Below, piece after piece: positions 12,901-25,700 of a stretch of 64,000 bases of DNA (positions within the stretch are counted from its first letter, which is position 1; every line of letters begins with the position of its first letter). A program made the position numbers and the translations under genes. Origin of the DNA: Trichoplax sp. H2 (lineage: Eukaryota). The notes below the pieces were generated by a model, which was given only the letters and a program-made list of their open reading frames with translations, did no database searches and was not told where the DNA came from. The DNA lies in assembly GCA_003344405.1 (NCBI GenBank), contig NOWV01000027.1, forward strand, positions 434,001 through 498,000. Direction: 5' to 3'.

Positions 12901-14866
12901 TTTTGTATCAAATACCAGGGTAAATAAAAATATGAAAGATCTCGGTACTGCTCTTACCGAAACTTCTAGTTTATCTATTTTACGTTGATACTTTGCACAG
13001 TTAGATGTTTGAGCATGTAACCGATCTTCAAGATCTTTAATTTGCTCCCTCTATATAAAATCATGTAAGCATAATATATTACTTTAACCTGGACATCACT
13101 TATTATAAGCTGACCTTAAGTCATTACTTACCTGAACATGTAATTGTTCCTGGCTTTGATCGTGAGACAGCTCGTATTTTGTCTTCCAGTCCTCGGCGCT
13201 TTTTGATTTATCTTCGAATTCTCTTAATTTTGATCGAAGTGATCGATTAAGGGCTTCATGGCGGCCAGATTCGTCATTAGTTAGCGCAATCTGATCCTAA
13301 AATTTCATAAATGCAAGTATTAGTTAATAGCTTTAAACCATGACATACGAATTCTTTGCAATTATTGATTAAAATAGAGTAATGAACCTTTAATTCTCCG
13401 ATCCTTCCCTCAGCTAGAAGCAATTTATTCTTCAATTCGTCATTCTATATCATAAGAAAAATAAAGTAGGATTGTAAATATCATACTCAATCTTTGGTGA
13501 TCGGTATGTGGTATTGATAATATGACACAATAAATACTAACCTCATTCGTAACTTTACTCAGTTTCACTCTTTCATTAGCTAAATCTTCTTGAACTGCTT
13601 TGCAACTCCTTTGCATCGCTGATACCTTAGATCATAAAGTTTTAGATTATGTAATACACCGTAACATATTTTTTCATTACCACAATGACAAAGAGTTATA
13701 GAGCTTACTTTATCTTCCATATAACCTCTTTCAGAGGCAATTCGATCCAATTCATCTCCTACCTTCATACCTTCCAGCTATGAGGGAAACAGTGTACATG
13801 TTAAGTTTGTGTAAAATTTCGGATATACTTGGTATTATATATAAATTAATCAAACAGATTTTATCATGTTTAAGGTATTGTACATTCTAGTAGTTTATGA
13901 TTGATTACTTACATATTGACGTTTTTCGTGTTTATGTATCTCACGAAGCTTCTTTTTCAGGTCGTCATTTTCTTCTCTATAAAGAATAGTTTCGAATACA
14001 ATCAGGACTAACGTAGGTAAATACTTTCATTACAATTCTGAACCATCAACAAGATTTATTAGACGAACAAAGTAATTTATTTGTATAATATTCTAACTTT
14101 AGGACTTACCTTAGCCTTACAATAGTTCTGTCCTTCAATTCCAGTTCCTTTCTGTAAGCCTCAAGCTCATCCAAAGACTAACGTGTTTAAATTGAAATCA
14201 GATATGTTACAAAGCAACAAAAATCAGCTGCAGATAGATGTGGTGGTTATATTATATTAGAAGTTTTTAGGCTAATAAATTTATAGTTTATCAATACATT
14301 ATAAAACATTGATGAAATTCTTTCCTAACTATTGAATAATATTTCTAAACAAGCTATATTTTAGTAGGGACTAAGTTGTAGATTATAGATTATAGTGGCT
14401 TTCAAAGTGGAAGCTTTAATTTCTATACTAGCTAGCGCGTTATTCCCTACACAAATCTATACTTTTGATTATTAGTGCTGTATTAAGTAATACTATTTCT
14501 AATCGATATAAGTTGGAAATAGATTACCTCGTTTAATGACGAACGATGCAGAGGAGACTTGTATTTCTTATAAGGTTTGTCGATTATATCATCAATTTCG
14601 CTCGTATCCAGAATACCAGATGAAGCTCCTCTCGGAGAATGATAAGACGAGGAAAGCCGTGATGATCTAGATGGACTTAAACGAGGTGATCGAATGCGGG
14701 GACGTCCAGTTGCGGAAATTCTACCGGTATCATAGCTATATTTATCCATCTCGAGATCCTTTAAAAATGTATCGTTATCGCTATCGAATTTAACGATTTT
14801 TCTAAGTTTTGATTTTTTTGACAGATTAGGTATATGTCTGGGGCTATCACTGTCTGACCAAACCAT
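9931..14866 (-). CDS. CCDC170: Coiled-coil domain-containing protein 170 (CCDC170/C6orf97)-like, multi-exon
   Basis: Long heptad-rich exons; family-typical segments ESKASRETIMRLVSEVGREQK, KQQLESKELQIDIMKKK and C-terminal LLEFRQTLARLLGLEVSTLPIPDYEIIARIEQL; TAA at 9933-9931; Ser/Arg-rich first exon from ATG 14866. Confidence 0.88.
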
Positions 14867-15314
14867 TAGGTAAAGTTAACGTGGATCTTTATCTGGTAAT
14901 TATCAATATACCGTAACTCGGATTGTACAATGATTATAAAATTGTACGTATACTTCTTCCAATATGAAATTTTTGAATTTCTTTCGAAAGAAATGTTCTC
15001 AAGTTCAATTTAGGTAATTTGGAGAGATTTCTTGTCGATGTTAATAAATCGTTACCAATCGATATCTGGAATTCTGTAAGTGGTAAGCTTGTGATGTTAC
15101 CAATTGAAGCTGCTTAGCTGTGTGCGATATCTTCTTATTTACTACCGTCCAGCGTAACTAATTATACGTATCTTAGGTTCTTGTTGAAAAAGATCGGATA
15201 ATGGAAAACAATTCTTTCCTGTTACCAAGCAACAGTAAACAAATGTTGGAGTCGCCACATGCGCACTAGTTGAGCAATTAGTCATATTCAGACTGGACCG
15301 AGACTGGACTTGAA

Positions 15315-16350
15315 TATACTGTACACTGTACTGTACAGTACAGTATGGTACAGTACTGTACAGTCTACAGTTGCACACTATATAGATGGACAGACTTTTT
15401 GACCAAATGATCGTTACTTGGTATGGACCTCCAGTGTCTCATTTTCTTAATCTCTTCTTGAAATTTTAAAACATTTATGACCTTATATAACTAGTTTCGA
15501 GTAGAAGTTACAAAATAAAATCGATTTCAATGTAATATTACTTCATTTAGAGAAATCAGTGAATTACAAAATGTAGCATCCGCTTGTTGACATTTTTCAT
15601 GACTGTACAGTACTGTATGGAGAAACGAAGTGTTTGGAAGAGGATTGTACAAGATGAAGGCAAAATGTCCGACCGTCCGAGTTAAGTCCGCGGTCTCGAT
15701 CAGTGCACTGTACAGTACAGTACGGTACTGTAGAGTACAGTATCATACTGTACTGTACAGTGTACAGTACATGGCGATATTGAACACATTGCTCGTAATC
15801 TGTACAGTGTACAGTGTACAGTACAGCTACTCAAGCTGAGTACAGTACAGTACAAAAGAAATGGATTGAATCAGTAAAAATAGGTTGAGTACTCAAACTC
15901 ATGGAAACTATAGCGGTACCGCTGTCAGAGCTATCAAGCATATACAGTAGCGTATGATGGACTACAAGCTGATCATGAACATGAGAAAATAAGGGTTCTA
16001 TCCGTAAGGTACGTTTCTTTTACCTCTGATTCTGTCCATGTGTATTGATTAATGATTTCTAATTTCTATAGTGATTGTAAAAGTAGAGGACAGATTCTGT
16101 CCGTCTCGTATTCATTTCATTGGCCATGATCCAGTGATTCAAGTCAAGGACTACAGTAACTGTCCTCTGTAGTGGGGTTAAGTAAGTACTCGTACAGTGT
16201 ACAGTACTGTACAGTACAGTACGTCCTTTTCTTGAACTCTATGAACAGTACATTGTACTGTACACGTAGTGTACAATATACTGTACTGTACTGTACAGTA
16301 CAATTCAAGTAGTACCGTGCTGTACAGTACAATATGAACGATGCGTACTG
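15315..16350. promoter_or_regulatory. Divergent CCDC170/TADA2B intergenic region with three TACAG/CTGTA palindrome clusters (~15315-15366, ~15600-15855, ~16186-16350)
   Basis: Perfect 20-bp palindrome ACTGTACTGTACAGTACAGT at 15325-15344 and many related words. The regulatory role is inferred from position only. Confidence 0.55.
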
Positions 16351-16582
16351 GACTCTCTGGAGTGGAGTGGAAATAAAATGAGTACAGTGATAGCGTAAGC
16401 AATCGCTTGGCCTCTGATTGTTAAGACTTGGCAAATCCTTTCTCGTAGAAGACTAAAGTACTGTCTTACTGTCATCAAGTAAACCATTCGACGCGAAACG
16501 GCACGTCGTTGGCCGTCAGTCCAATCAGTTGAAAATTTGAATCTTCTTATTCGGTTGGCGTTGCACTCGAAATCATTGTGTC

Positions 16583-19500
16583 ATGTCAAGTAAGCTTCAC
16601 CTGAATGGTAGAACTAACATAAACTATTGAAATGTGAAATGTCATGTTGAATTCTGTTCGCCAATTTCATTTTAGCAGACGATGTACAATGTATTAATTG
16701 TACCAATCCGATTGGTTGCAATGTGTACGTGCAATGTAACGAATGTGAAGATTTCATCTTATGCCTCCATGTAAGTTCAGATTAGTCAATGTATATACAG
16801 TGTATATGTACAGTATATATATATATACACATAAGGTAGTACTGTACATGATATTCAGTATAGAAGACTTGTTCTGTACAGTAGTTGTACGACAGTGACA
16901 CATTGACAGTTCCATCCCAACTGTCTATTGTACAGTACAATGCCCATTGGTGTACTGTATACCGTACTGTACTGTACACTGTACCGTACAGTGAACTGTA
17001 TTAACTGAAAGAATCGAAAAAATTGGTTCTACCCCGTTGTGTCAATTTGCAGATTTTGGGACCGTTAATTCACTTTTTTACATAATAGAATTAGCGATAT
17101 GATTGAAGTAGAATGTTAATCATTTCATGTATTGAAAATTTTCTATCTTTTTACCTTAGTGTTTTTCACATGGGGTCGAGCTGGGCTCGCACACCAGAGA
17201 TCATGGATACATGATTATGGTAAGAAATTCGTCCAGTGCATACTGTAGTACTACAGTACATTTGGAGTTCTCGTTTGTAGTAATAGACTACTTTACTGTC
17301 GATGCCTGGATCTACAAAATGACAGAGACGGATTAGTTTTACCGATCTTGATGAATGCCATTCAAATTAATTCATTCGTAAGCCTATTTGTCTATTTACA
17401 GGACTTGAAATGAGAAATAAGTAATATTATGTCACATAATAATGCGTAAAATAGAATTCACAAATGGACAAGTAGATTGGCTCAAACTAGTCACTTGATT
17501 GCTAATACGTGCTGTACAGTACTGTACATACTGGACACTGTACAGTACGTACGGTATACTGTAATACTAATCATGGGTATTAGGTAGAATACTGTAGTTA
17601 AACTAATTCAGGGATGCCACTACAACTACTATAAACAGTATGCTTACTCTACTGTAATATAGGACAAAAGCTTGCAGCTTCAAATTTGTTCCAGCTTTAT
17701 GTTGTAAAGCCTTGCATGAAGATGCAATCTAAAATATGCAGATTGCATCGTAAAACTCTACATGCTTGATGATATTCATTTTTCTTAATATACAATATAT
17801 TAACATGCCAGTGATAGAGTACAGGACTACTCAGTGCACATTGCAGTATATCATCACTAAAAGTATCTACAGAATTGTAATATACGTATAAGTATTAGAT
17901 GTCAATGGCATAATTATCATATAGCAATGGATAGAAACCATATCAGTACATCATTGCATTATTCATTAATAATAATAGACGATGGAAGAGAGGCATGATT
18001 GACCGATTGAAAACAATGCATTCATTATATACATATTATGCATTTGAGCTACCTCGTAAATGAATACAGTATGTAAATTGCTATCGTCATGCTTGACCTA
18101 TGGATAGGTAACAATAACAACATCCAGTATATCAGATTTACTGTAGAGAGGTGCAGCTTTTAATATAGACTTTGCATTATTGCAATCTCTGGAGAACTAC
18201 TTGATGTACAGTACAATGATTCTTATGTTGAATCATTTACTGAAACTTTATATCGCTATTGTTGTAGGCTCTAGGAATCTACAGTAAACTAGGGATGTAA
18301 TTTGCATAGGCTTAAGGATACATGAGAGTTTTCTATATTACACCCCATTGTAGAATGCAACAATTAGCTGGGATATCATTCATTGGAAAGACTTGAAGGT
18401 GTTAAAATTATCTGCAATGCTATTCAAACAAGAAATAGCTAGCCTAAAAATATAAATAATAGTAGTGTCAGCTAAAGGCATCTTAATTCCTTCTAAAACC
18501 ATTCGATTGTACGTATTAGTATCTCACCTAATGAAGTACACCTTTGGTTTTAAGTAGTCTCTTTGATAACTGATGTCATAAACAGTTGACATTATACAAG
18601 TTACATTTGCTGCTGAATTGCGATACATACCATAACAAGCTTAGTATCATATCTATAATTTACCTACTTCAGTCAAAAAATACCATTGCTATGACCTCAC
18701 TCATTCAGTGTGCACAGTGAATCATTTCAAATGATAGAAAATTTTACTTGAAATCAATTCTAGGATAATGGCACGTTTCCTCTGATGGATTGCAACTGGT
18801 TAGCTATTGAGGAATTAGCATTATTGGAAGCTATAGAACAACATGGAATGGGAAATTGGTCAGTGCTAGACTAGTAAATGGAAAAGTTATTCGTTGCTGT
18901 ACTGAGTATTCAGTCACACTTTAGGATCTACCATATTGTCTTGTCAGGATATAAATTATAAATATATAATTCTTAATTGCGATTGCAGGGACGGAGCGGC
19001 TGACCAATTAAGAACAAAGACACCACGAGGTATATTAATAACTATTAAATGATGCTATTGACATATATATAGAACAGTACATACATTCGATTATCGTCTT
19101 TTATGAGTGTTAATTAGCACATGGACTATTACGATACCTAATTATATTGATACTGCTAAATATTGTAATGTAATCATCAAATTTTTGTTGGTATCCGACT
19201 TTACATAACCGCTAAAAAGTAATCGGGTAACTATTCCTAGGAATCTAGTATATTAATCATTTTCATCTTCAATATAGAGAGCAGAGAGCATTACGAAAAT
19301 TATTATGTATATGGAAACATCGGTAAAGGTAAGCAGTAAAACGTAAGGCTTAATTTGAAATACTGACAGATTTTAAAACCTATAAGAAATTTTTTCTTTT
19401 TCATTTCAGCGACTAGAGCGGAAAAAAGAGTGCACCCGGTAGATCATGTTCAGTCCAGTGGTAATTCTAAAATTGAAACTATAAGTGCTGTATTGAAATA

Positions 19501-21586
19501 TATTCGATCTAAAATATAATAATTATTATTACATGTACTAGTTGCGACACAATGTGAAGCAAATACTGAAGCCAACGAAAACATGACTTTAGAAGAACAG
19601 CAAGAACTTGGATATATGCCATTAAGGGATGATTTTGAAAGAGTAAATACACCTTTTATTGTTATTATTACTTACAGTTAGTAATTTAAAAGCAACTTCT
19701 TATAACACTATGGAAATATCTTCAATATTTACAGGAATTTAAAAATGAAGCTGAAGAATTGGTCACCGAAATATCATTTAGTAACGACGAGCCTAAATTA
19801 GAATCAGGCATGCTAAGTTTAATCATTAGTGTTATTCGCATTAATATTTCTAAATGCTTTTAGTTAAAGTCGTTGTTATATCTGCTTTATTTAGATTATA
19901 AAATTGCTCAAACTGAAATTTATTGTCGTGATTTAAAAGACCGCCAAAGAAGAAAGAAGTAAATATGTGAATTTTTATGTGTTGATATTAAACTGAGAAA
20001 TTTTGAAATAACTAATGAAAATCAACTCGTCGTTATAATTTAACATCTTTAGTATCGCTAGACAAGCTGATCTTTTATCTGGAAAGCACAAACGAAATGG
20101 TATTTCTAAATTGCTTTGATTTCACTCAATTAGATTTGGGTGATCTAACTTTAGAGCATGTGATAACCATATAGGATTTTTTAATTATTTTTTAGTAATT
20201 AGGAGAAAGTTAAGTAAGGAGGAAAAGTAAGTCATACAATTCATAGCAGTTGTAATGCTGCATGATGAATTTATTAATCAAAAATTATGTGACATTAAAT
20301 AGAAAGTTTCGTATCAAGATGAAACCATTTGTTAGGCTGAAATCCGGTCAAGAGAACGAGAGATTTTACGAGAACTACTTTAGTACGTTATATTCTTCTT
20401 TGACAATACTGTTACACGTATAAAGTAATGTAGCAATTTACTGGCAGTAATTAACAAACTATTCTAAATAATTATTGTAGAAGAAAAACAATTAAAAGAA
20501 CGTATAAAAAAATTACAAAGTTATCGTAAATCCGGTATTACAAAATTAGCAGGTTAGAAATGAAAAGGTATCAATCGTATTTTAGCCTATCTAGAACTCT
20601 AACATGTTAATTCTTATTTACATTAGATTGCGAAGATTTTGATGATTATGAAAGTAATCGCGAATCGAAGAAAAAGATGAAGAAAAAGAAATTGGTAACT
20701 TTTATTTGCCCATCGTTTTTAATTGTTTACAGTGGGATTTTAGTAATGGCTCTTTTAAGTTACTGCTTTAAATAATTTGCTATCATTTATAATCTTAAGA
20801 AAATCCAGGATAGACCTCTACTATTAGCCAATAGGAAAGAAGAGAAGTAATTGAATACACTTGCTTATTTTAATATTACCTAATTAACTATTATTGTTCT
20901 TTGGCTTTAAAAATTTGTAGCAAATTAGTCGTAACGATATATTTCACTCCTTCTCTTTTCTCTATAGCTTTAAACCAGATGGCAATCGAAGTAACGGAGG
21001 TGATTAATGATACAATATTCCATTTCCTTTAAAAAGCGCTCATTTGATATTATACTGAAAAGATAATAAATTGGGACTCTAACTCATGTCTTATTTTGGC
21101 ATTGTAGATTTATTCAACAATATTAAACATTGCAAAGGTTTCAGTTTGCTTTCTATCAACGAAAAAAAGGTGAGAACAGCAAGAGCTGGAAATGTACAAT
21201 ACGTTTTAGCTTGGTATTAATAGATTCTGTATTAAATAATATAATATATATATAATATAATATAATATATATATATATAATCACCTTATCTAGCTATGTC
21301 ATGCTCTTTCTCTCAAACCTCCCGTGTATATAAGTGTAAAGACTTCAATTTTAAAGGTATTCAACATCATGCTGTAGCTATACTATTCTAAGAAGTATTC
21401 TTAATGCCAACATGGATCTAATTGCTGCTCTATATTCGTCATCTCCTACAGGAATTTGCAACTAAACGCCATAAACTACCAATGGGTGGTGGCATAGGAA
21501 TAAAAATAGAGAAATCTAAACGGCAACAGATATTAAAGTTTTTAAATGAGAGTGGAGTCATTAAATTTCCAAGCAATGGAAAATAA
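16583..21586 (+). CDS. TADA2B: Transcriptional adaptor 2-beta (ADA2b, SAGA subunit): ZZ zinc finger, SANT and SWIRM domains; ~20 exons
   Basis: CINCTNPIGCNVYVQCNECEDFILCLH|CFSHGVELGSHTRDHGY (ZZ), WLAIEELALLEAIEQHGMGNW (SANT), HYENYYVYGNIGK, EQQELGYMPLRDDFERE, LQSYRKSGITK, GFSLLSINEKKLCHALSLKPPVYISVKTSILKE (SWIRM); TAA at 21584-21586. The 7-nt first coding exon (ATGTCAA|gtaag) is less certain. Confidence 0.9.
16790..17000. repeat. TACAG/CTGTA cluster in the TADA2B intron just after the ZZ exon
   Basis: GTACTGTATACCGTACTGTACTGTACACTGTACCGTACAGT and related words; a smaller cluster lies at ~17510-17560. Confidence 0.75.
21235..21280. repeat. AT-only microsatellite (ATATA/AT) in a TADA2B intron
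   Basis: ATAATATATATAATATAATATAATATATATATATATATAA. Confidence 0.85.
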
Positions 21587-22762
21587 CGTCTGTACATAAT
21601 TTTATCTTGCATTTTATTTTTAGTAATTTGATGTACGGTAACTTGGCGTGTGCAATCGTCATTGCTACAGTAGCTTTTGTTAAAGGTGTATTATGAATAT
21701 TGAGTATTTATTACTGTATTATACGATATTAGATGTAATTAATGAAAAATATTTACTGTATAATATTCTCATATACACTGAAGGATTAATTTTAATTGAA
21801 AAAAATATTTCAAAAGTGCTTACCTTATATAACGTGTCTTTTTACTGTAAAGTTTGCCATTATTTACAACTCTTATTACCGAAGAATTTTTCATAAAATC
21901 AAGTTTATTTCTTTTAGTTAGGTCATTAACTGTATATTACAAATCCTCTTTTTTAATCAGATAAAATATTAGTCCTGCTTTTATCATCCATTTTAGCACG
22001 GTTAATTTAAATTCAGTTAATGACGTTAGATATTAATGCGAACAAAATCAATAGCATAAGGAATATTTATGTCTTTAAATGTTAAATTAAGTCGTTTGTA
22101 ATTATTACAAAAATCTCTATAAGAAATATTTCTCAAAAGCCTTCATTTTCTAGTATTCTTAAAATTTTCATATTAATTGTTCACTTGTATATAAAAAGCC
22201 AATTGAATAAAATTATCAAAAGTATTAACGATATAGCAACGCACCATCAGTTGCACTATTAATTTTTGTCTGAAGTATGAAATGATATGTGGCTGATCAC
22301 AAATCAGTTGCAATTTTACTAATCAAAACAAACTACTAAAATGTGAATCAAGCTTAGCAAATGAATAATTTTGAAATCCAATAAGCCAATACATAATAGG
22401 TGGCATTCAAAATCAATATGCTTTCTGAAAGCTTTTACATTTATGAATGATTTACAATATAAAATCATGTTATCACAACACGATTTTTATAAATACCGTA
22501 TTAGGGTATCCTAACATACAGTAGTACAATTTTATCATTTTCAAGATAAATCGAATATTGAATAATATTGCCAGAGTTGACATCAATAGATAGAAACGTA
22601 ATTACTATATCGAATACCAAATTTTAGCTCTACTAATACAAATCTAATTTCAATTACATTTAGGTAAAATAAGCGCAAGTATTAAAACGATTCAAGTATA
22701 TTCTGCATATCAATAAATTTCATATCGTCGCAGTGAAATCTTAAATATATTAAAGATTAAAT

Positions 22763-25700
22763 TTATACACAGAAAACAGCGCCCTCACACTTAGTACCGT
22801 AAACAATGATATCATTCCTAGATAATTTGCTGTATTCCATGAGCTTTTTATGTAATTCTGAGAATCTTGGACGGCTACCCGGCATATTTCGCCAGCACTG
22901 CTGCATAAGCCCGTAAATTTCGACTGGACTGTCGCCAGGTATTGGTAAACGCAATGTTCCTTTTCGTAAACCTTCAGTGACTTGGTAATGCTTTAATTCA
23001 CGATAAGGGAGCAACCCTAAAGAGAATACCTCCCACATAAGAACACCAAATGACCAAACATCACCTTCGATAGTGAATGCTTGCTCAAATAGCGCTTCTG
23101 GAGCCATCCATCTTAAGGGAATGGCATTAGAGCTCGAATTCTTAGCGTAATATTCGTTTCGATAGGTATCTTTTGAAAGGCTTAAATTAGTAATTTTGAC
23201 GTTCAAGGAAGAATCTATTACGCAGTTCCTAGCAGCAATATCGCTATGAATAAAGTCTCGAGCAGCCATGAATACCAAACCCGAACAAATTTGTTGGCAA
23301 ATACGTAATTTGCTATCATAATTCAAATGATCTGGAATTTCCATCGGCAGAATTTCCATCTCTCTTCGGCACGATAACAGATAACTTTTAAGGTCTCCCT
23401 AGTTTTAATATCAGATGATTTACAGTTTGCATTATATTATTCTTACTAACAAATTACACTGTGTCATAGAGTATACCTTATCTGTATATTCCACTATTAA
23501 AGAAAGCGGCTTTTCCTTTAGGCAAACACCCAGCACTTTCACAATGTTTGCGTGCACTCCAACCCTAAGCATCATATTTACTTGATACATGAACTCCGCG
23601 CGTAAAGCTTCGGTACTATTTGACAGCTGCTTTATCGCCACTAAGGTTCTCTTTTCCTGATCTATTTTTAAAGAGAAGGAATATTGATATCAACATTTCT
23701 AACATACAGAATAATGAATAAGTGTAGTCGTAGTGGCATTAAAAAGCCTATTCTGCAAATATCATTAAATGATTAAGGGTTAGAATATGCAAAGTTTATA
23801 ATAATTGTCGTCACATTGATTGAAATACTGTATTAGGTTAATACACAAGAAAATTAGCAAATAATGTAAGGTTAAAATCATATAATTGCAAGATAATAAT
23901 ATACTAAGAAAATTAATTCAGATACACGCAGCAAATTAGTATTTAATTCAATCTATGAGGATAACTTTATCGCTAACTTTAACCCGTACGATATTGTCAG
24001 CAAATGTTGTGTACGATAATTATAGCACATATATCCAGTAAAGAAAACGAAGTAATAATGTAAACAAGTCCGATGTAGTGCTCAGATACCATCGCTGAGT
24101 ATACCATGCCGACTTATCATACAACAGCTAATTTTACCGCATAGTTTAAGAATAATTTTTTGTTTTCAGCTACATTTTTGTAAAAATTTTTAATAGATAT
24201 AGAATGAAAACTGAGCTCAATATTTACAGCAATTATACACATTCCACTAAATTGTTTATTTACACTTACAGGTAATACCCGCAGCCCAAGCTTTATAGAC
24301 TGGACCAAATTTAGAATGACCCATCGTTTCGAAAATTTTTAAGCTTTGTTTCGGAAATTCCAATCTCAATGCAGCATCGCCGATAGTAAGCCGTCGGTTT
24401 CCAACTATTACTTCGCATTCTTCTTCATAGGGGCATTCGTCATCACCCTCAGGACCTGCCACTATTTCATTAGGGAAGTTCTCGAATTGCATAATATCTT
24501 GACCAACTTTATCTAAGCACGAATTAATACGATAGTAATCATTAATAGTAAAATCAAGGTATCTTTCAAAGAATAATCACTGCACTTACGCACCAATATC
24601 ATATGTCTTCTTATCTTTTATAGTACGACAATAGAAGTATCCTATAATCATAATTAATATATAGCCAACAGCACAAACGGCAGCTATGATAATAGTTCCT
24701 CTACTAATCTGCCTTGGTTCCTTTGGCACAACCTCAATTATCACTGATGACGATACAGACCCGTAAGGGTTTACGGCAGTGCAACGATAAGGACCACTAT
24801 CATCAAATTTAATTCCACGCAGTATTAAAGTTCCGTTTTCATATATTTCATAACTTGTTACATTATCGTCAGTTGTGTTATGATAGTTACTAAGATAAGG
24901 AAACTGCCACTCCAATGAAGGTTTAGGATAACCGCCAATATCTATCTTCAAAGTTACTGTATCACCGATCGTTGCACGAATAGTAGCAAATTGATCATGT
25001 TTGGTGAAATATGGGACATCTATATAAAATATATATAAAATATATTATCATATCATCATGGCTATCATGTCTTCTCCGTAAATAATGTATACGATTCCAA
25101 ATTATAGCTTACATGCTATTTTTATATTAACAAGTTTCTGTATGGACGTAATAGAATCATTTGCACGACATATATAAATGCCACTTTCATTAATACTTGG
25201 CTGATTCAATTGCAAAATACTATCACTTTGAACGTTGGTCGCATTAGACTGGTATGGATATCCATCACGATACCAAGATACTTCAAATGGTCGTCCACTA
25301 ATTACTGAGCAATTAATTCCTTTGATACGTTCATAAGGATTGAATATCAAGGTTTCAATTTCGTTAAAATTACTCAAAAAGCGTAAACGCACTGTAGAGA
25401 AAAAAATTATCAATATTGTTGATTAGTAATCACTAAAAGGGGGTATTAGTATACGTGTATGTAGCATTAATTTAAAATTGCATTATCAAATTTTTATCTT
25501 AATAGAACATACTTTTAACCGTTACGTAGGAGGTGGCAGTAATCGTGCCGCCAGTATTTTCAGCGATACAATTATACATGCCAGAATCAGACATTAAGGC
25601 TTTAGTAATTGATAAAGTCCCATTTAGATTCATAGTTATACGATCATTTAATTCAATCGGGTTGCCATTTTTAAGCCATTTTATTTCGGGCATGTAATTT

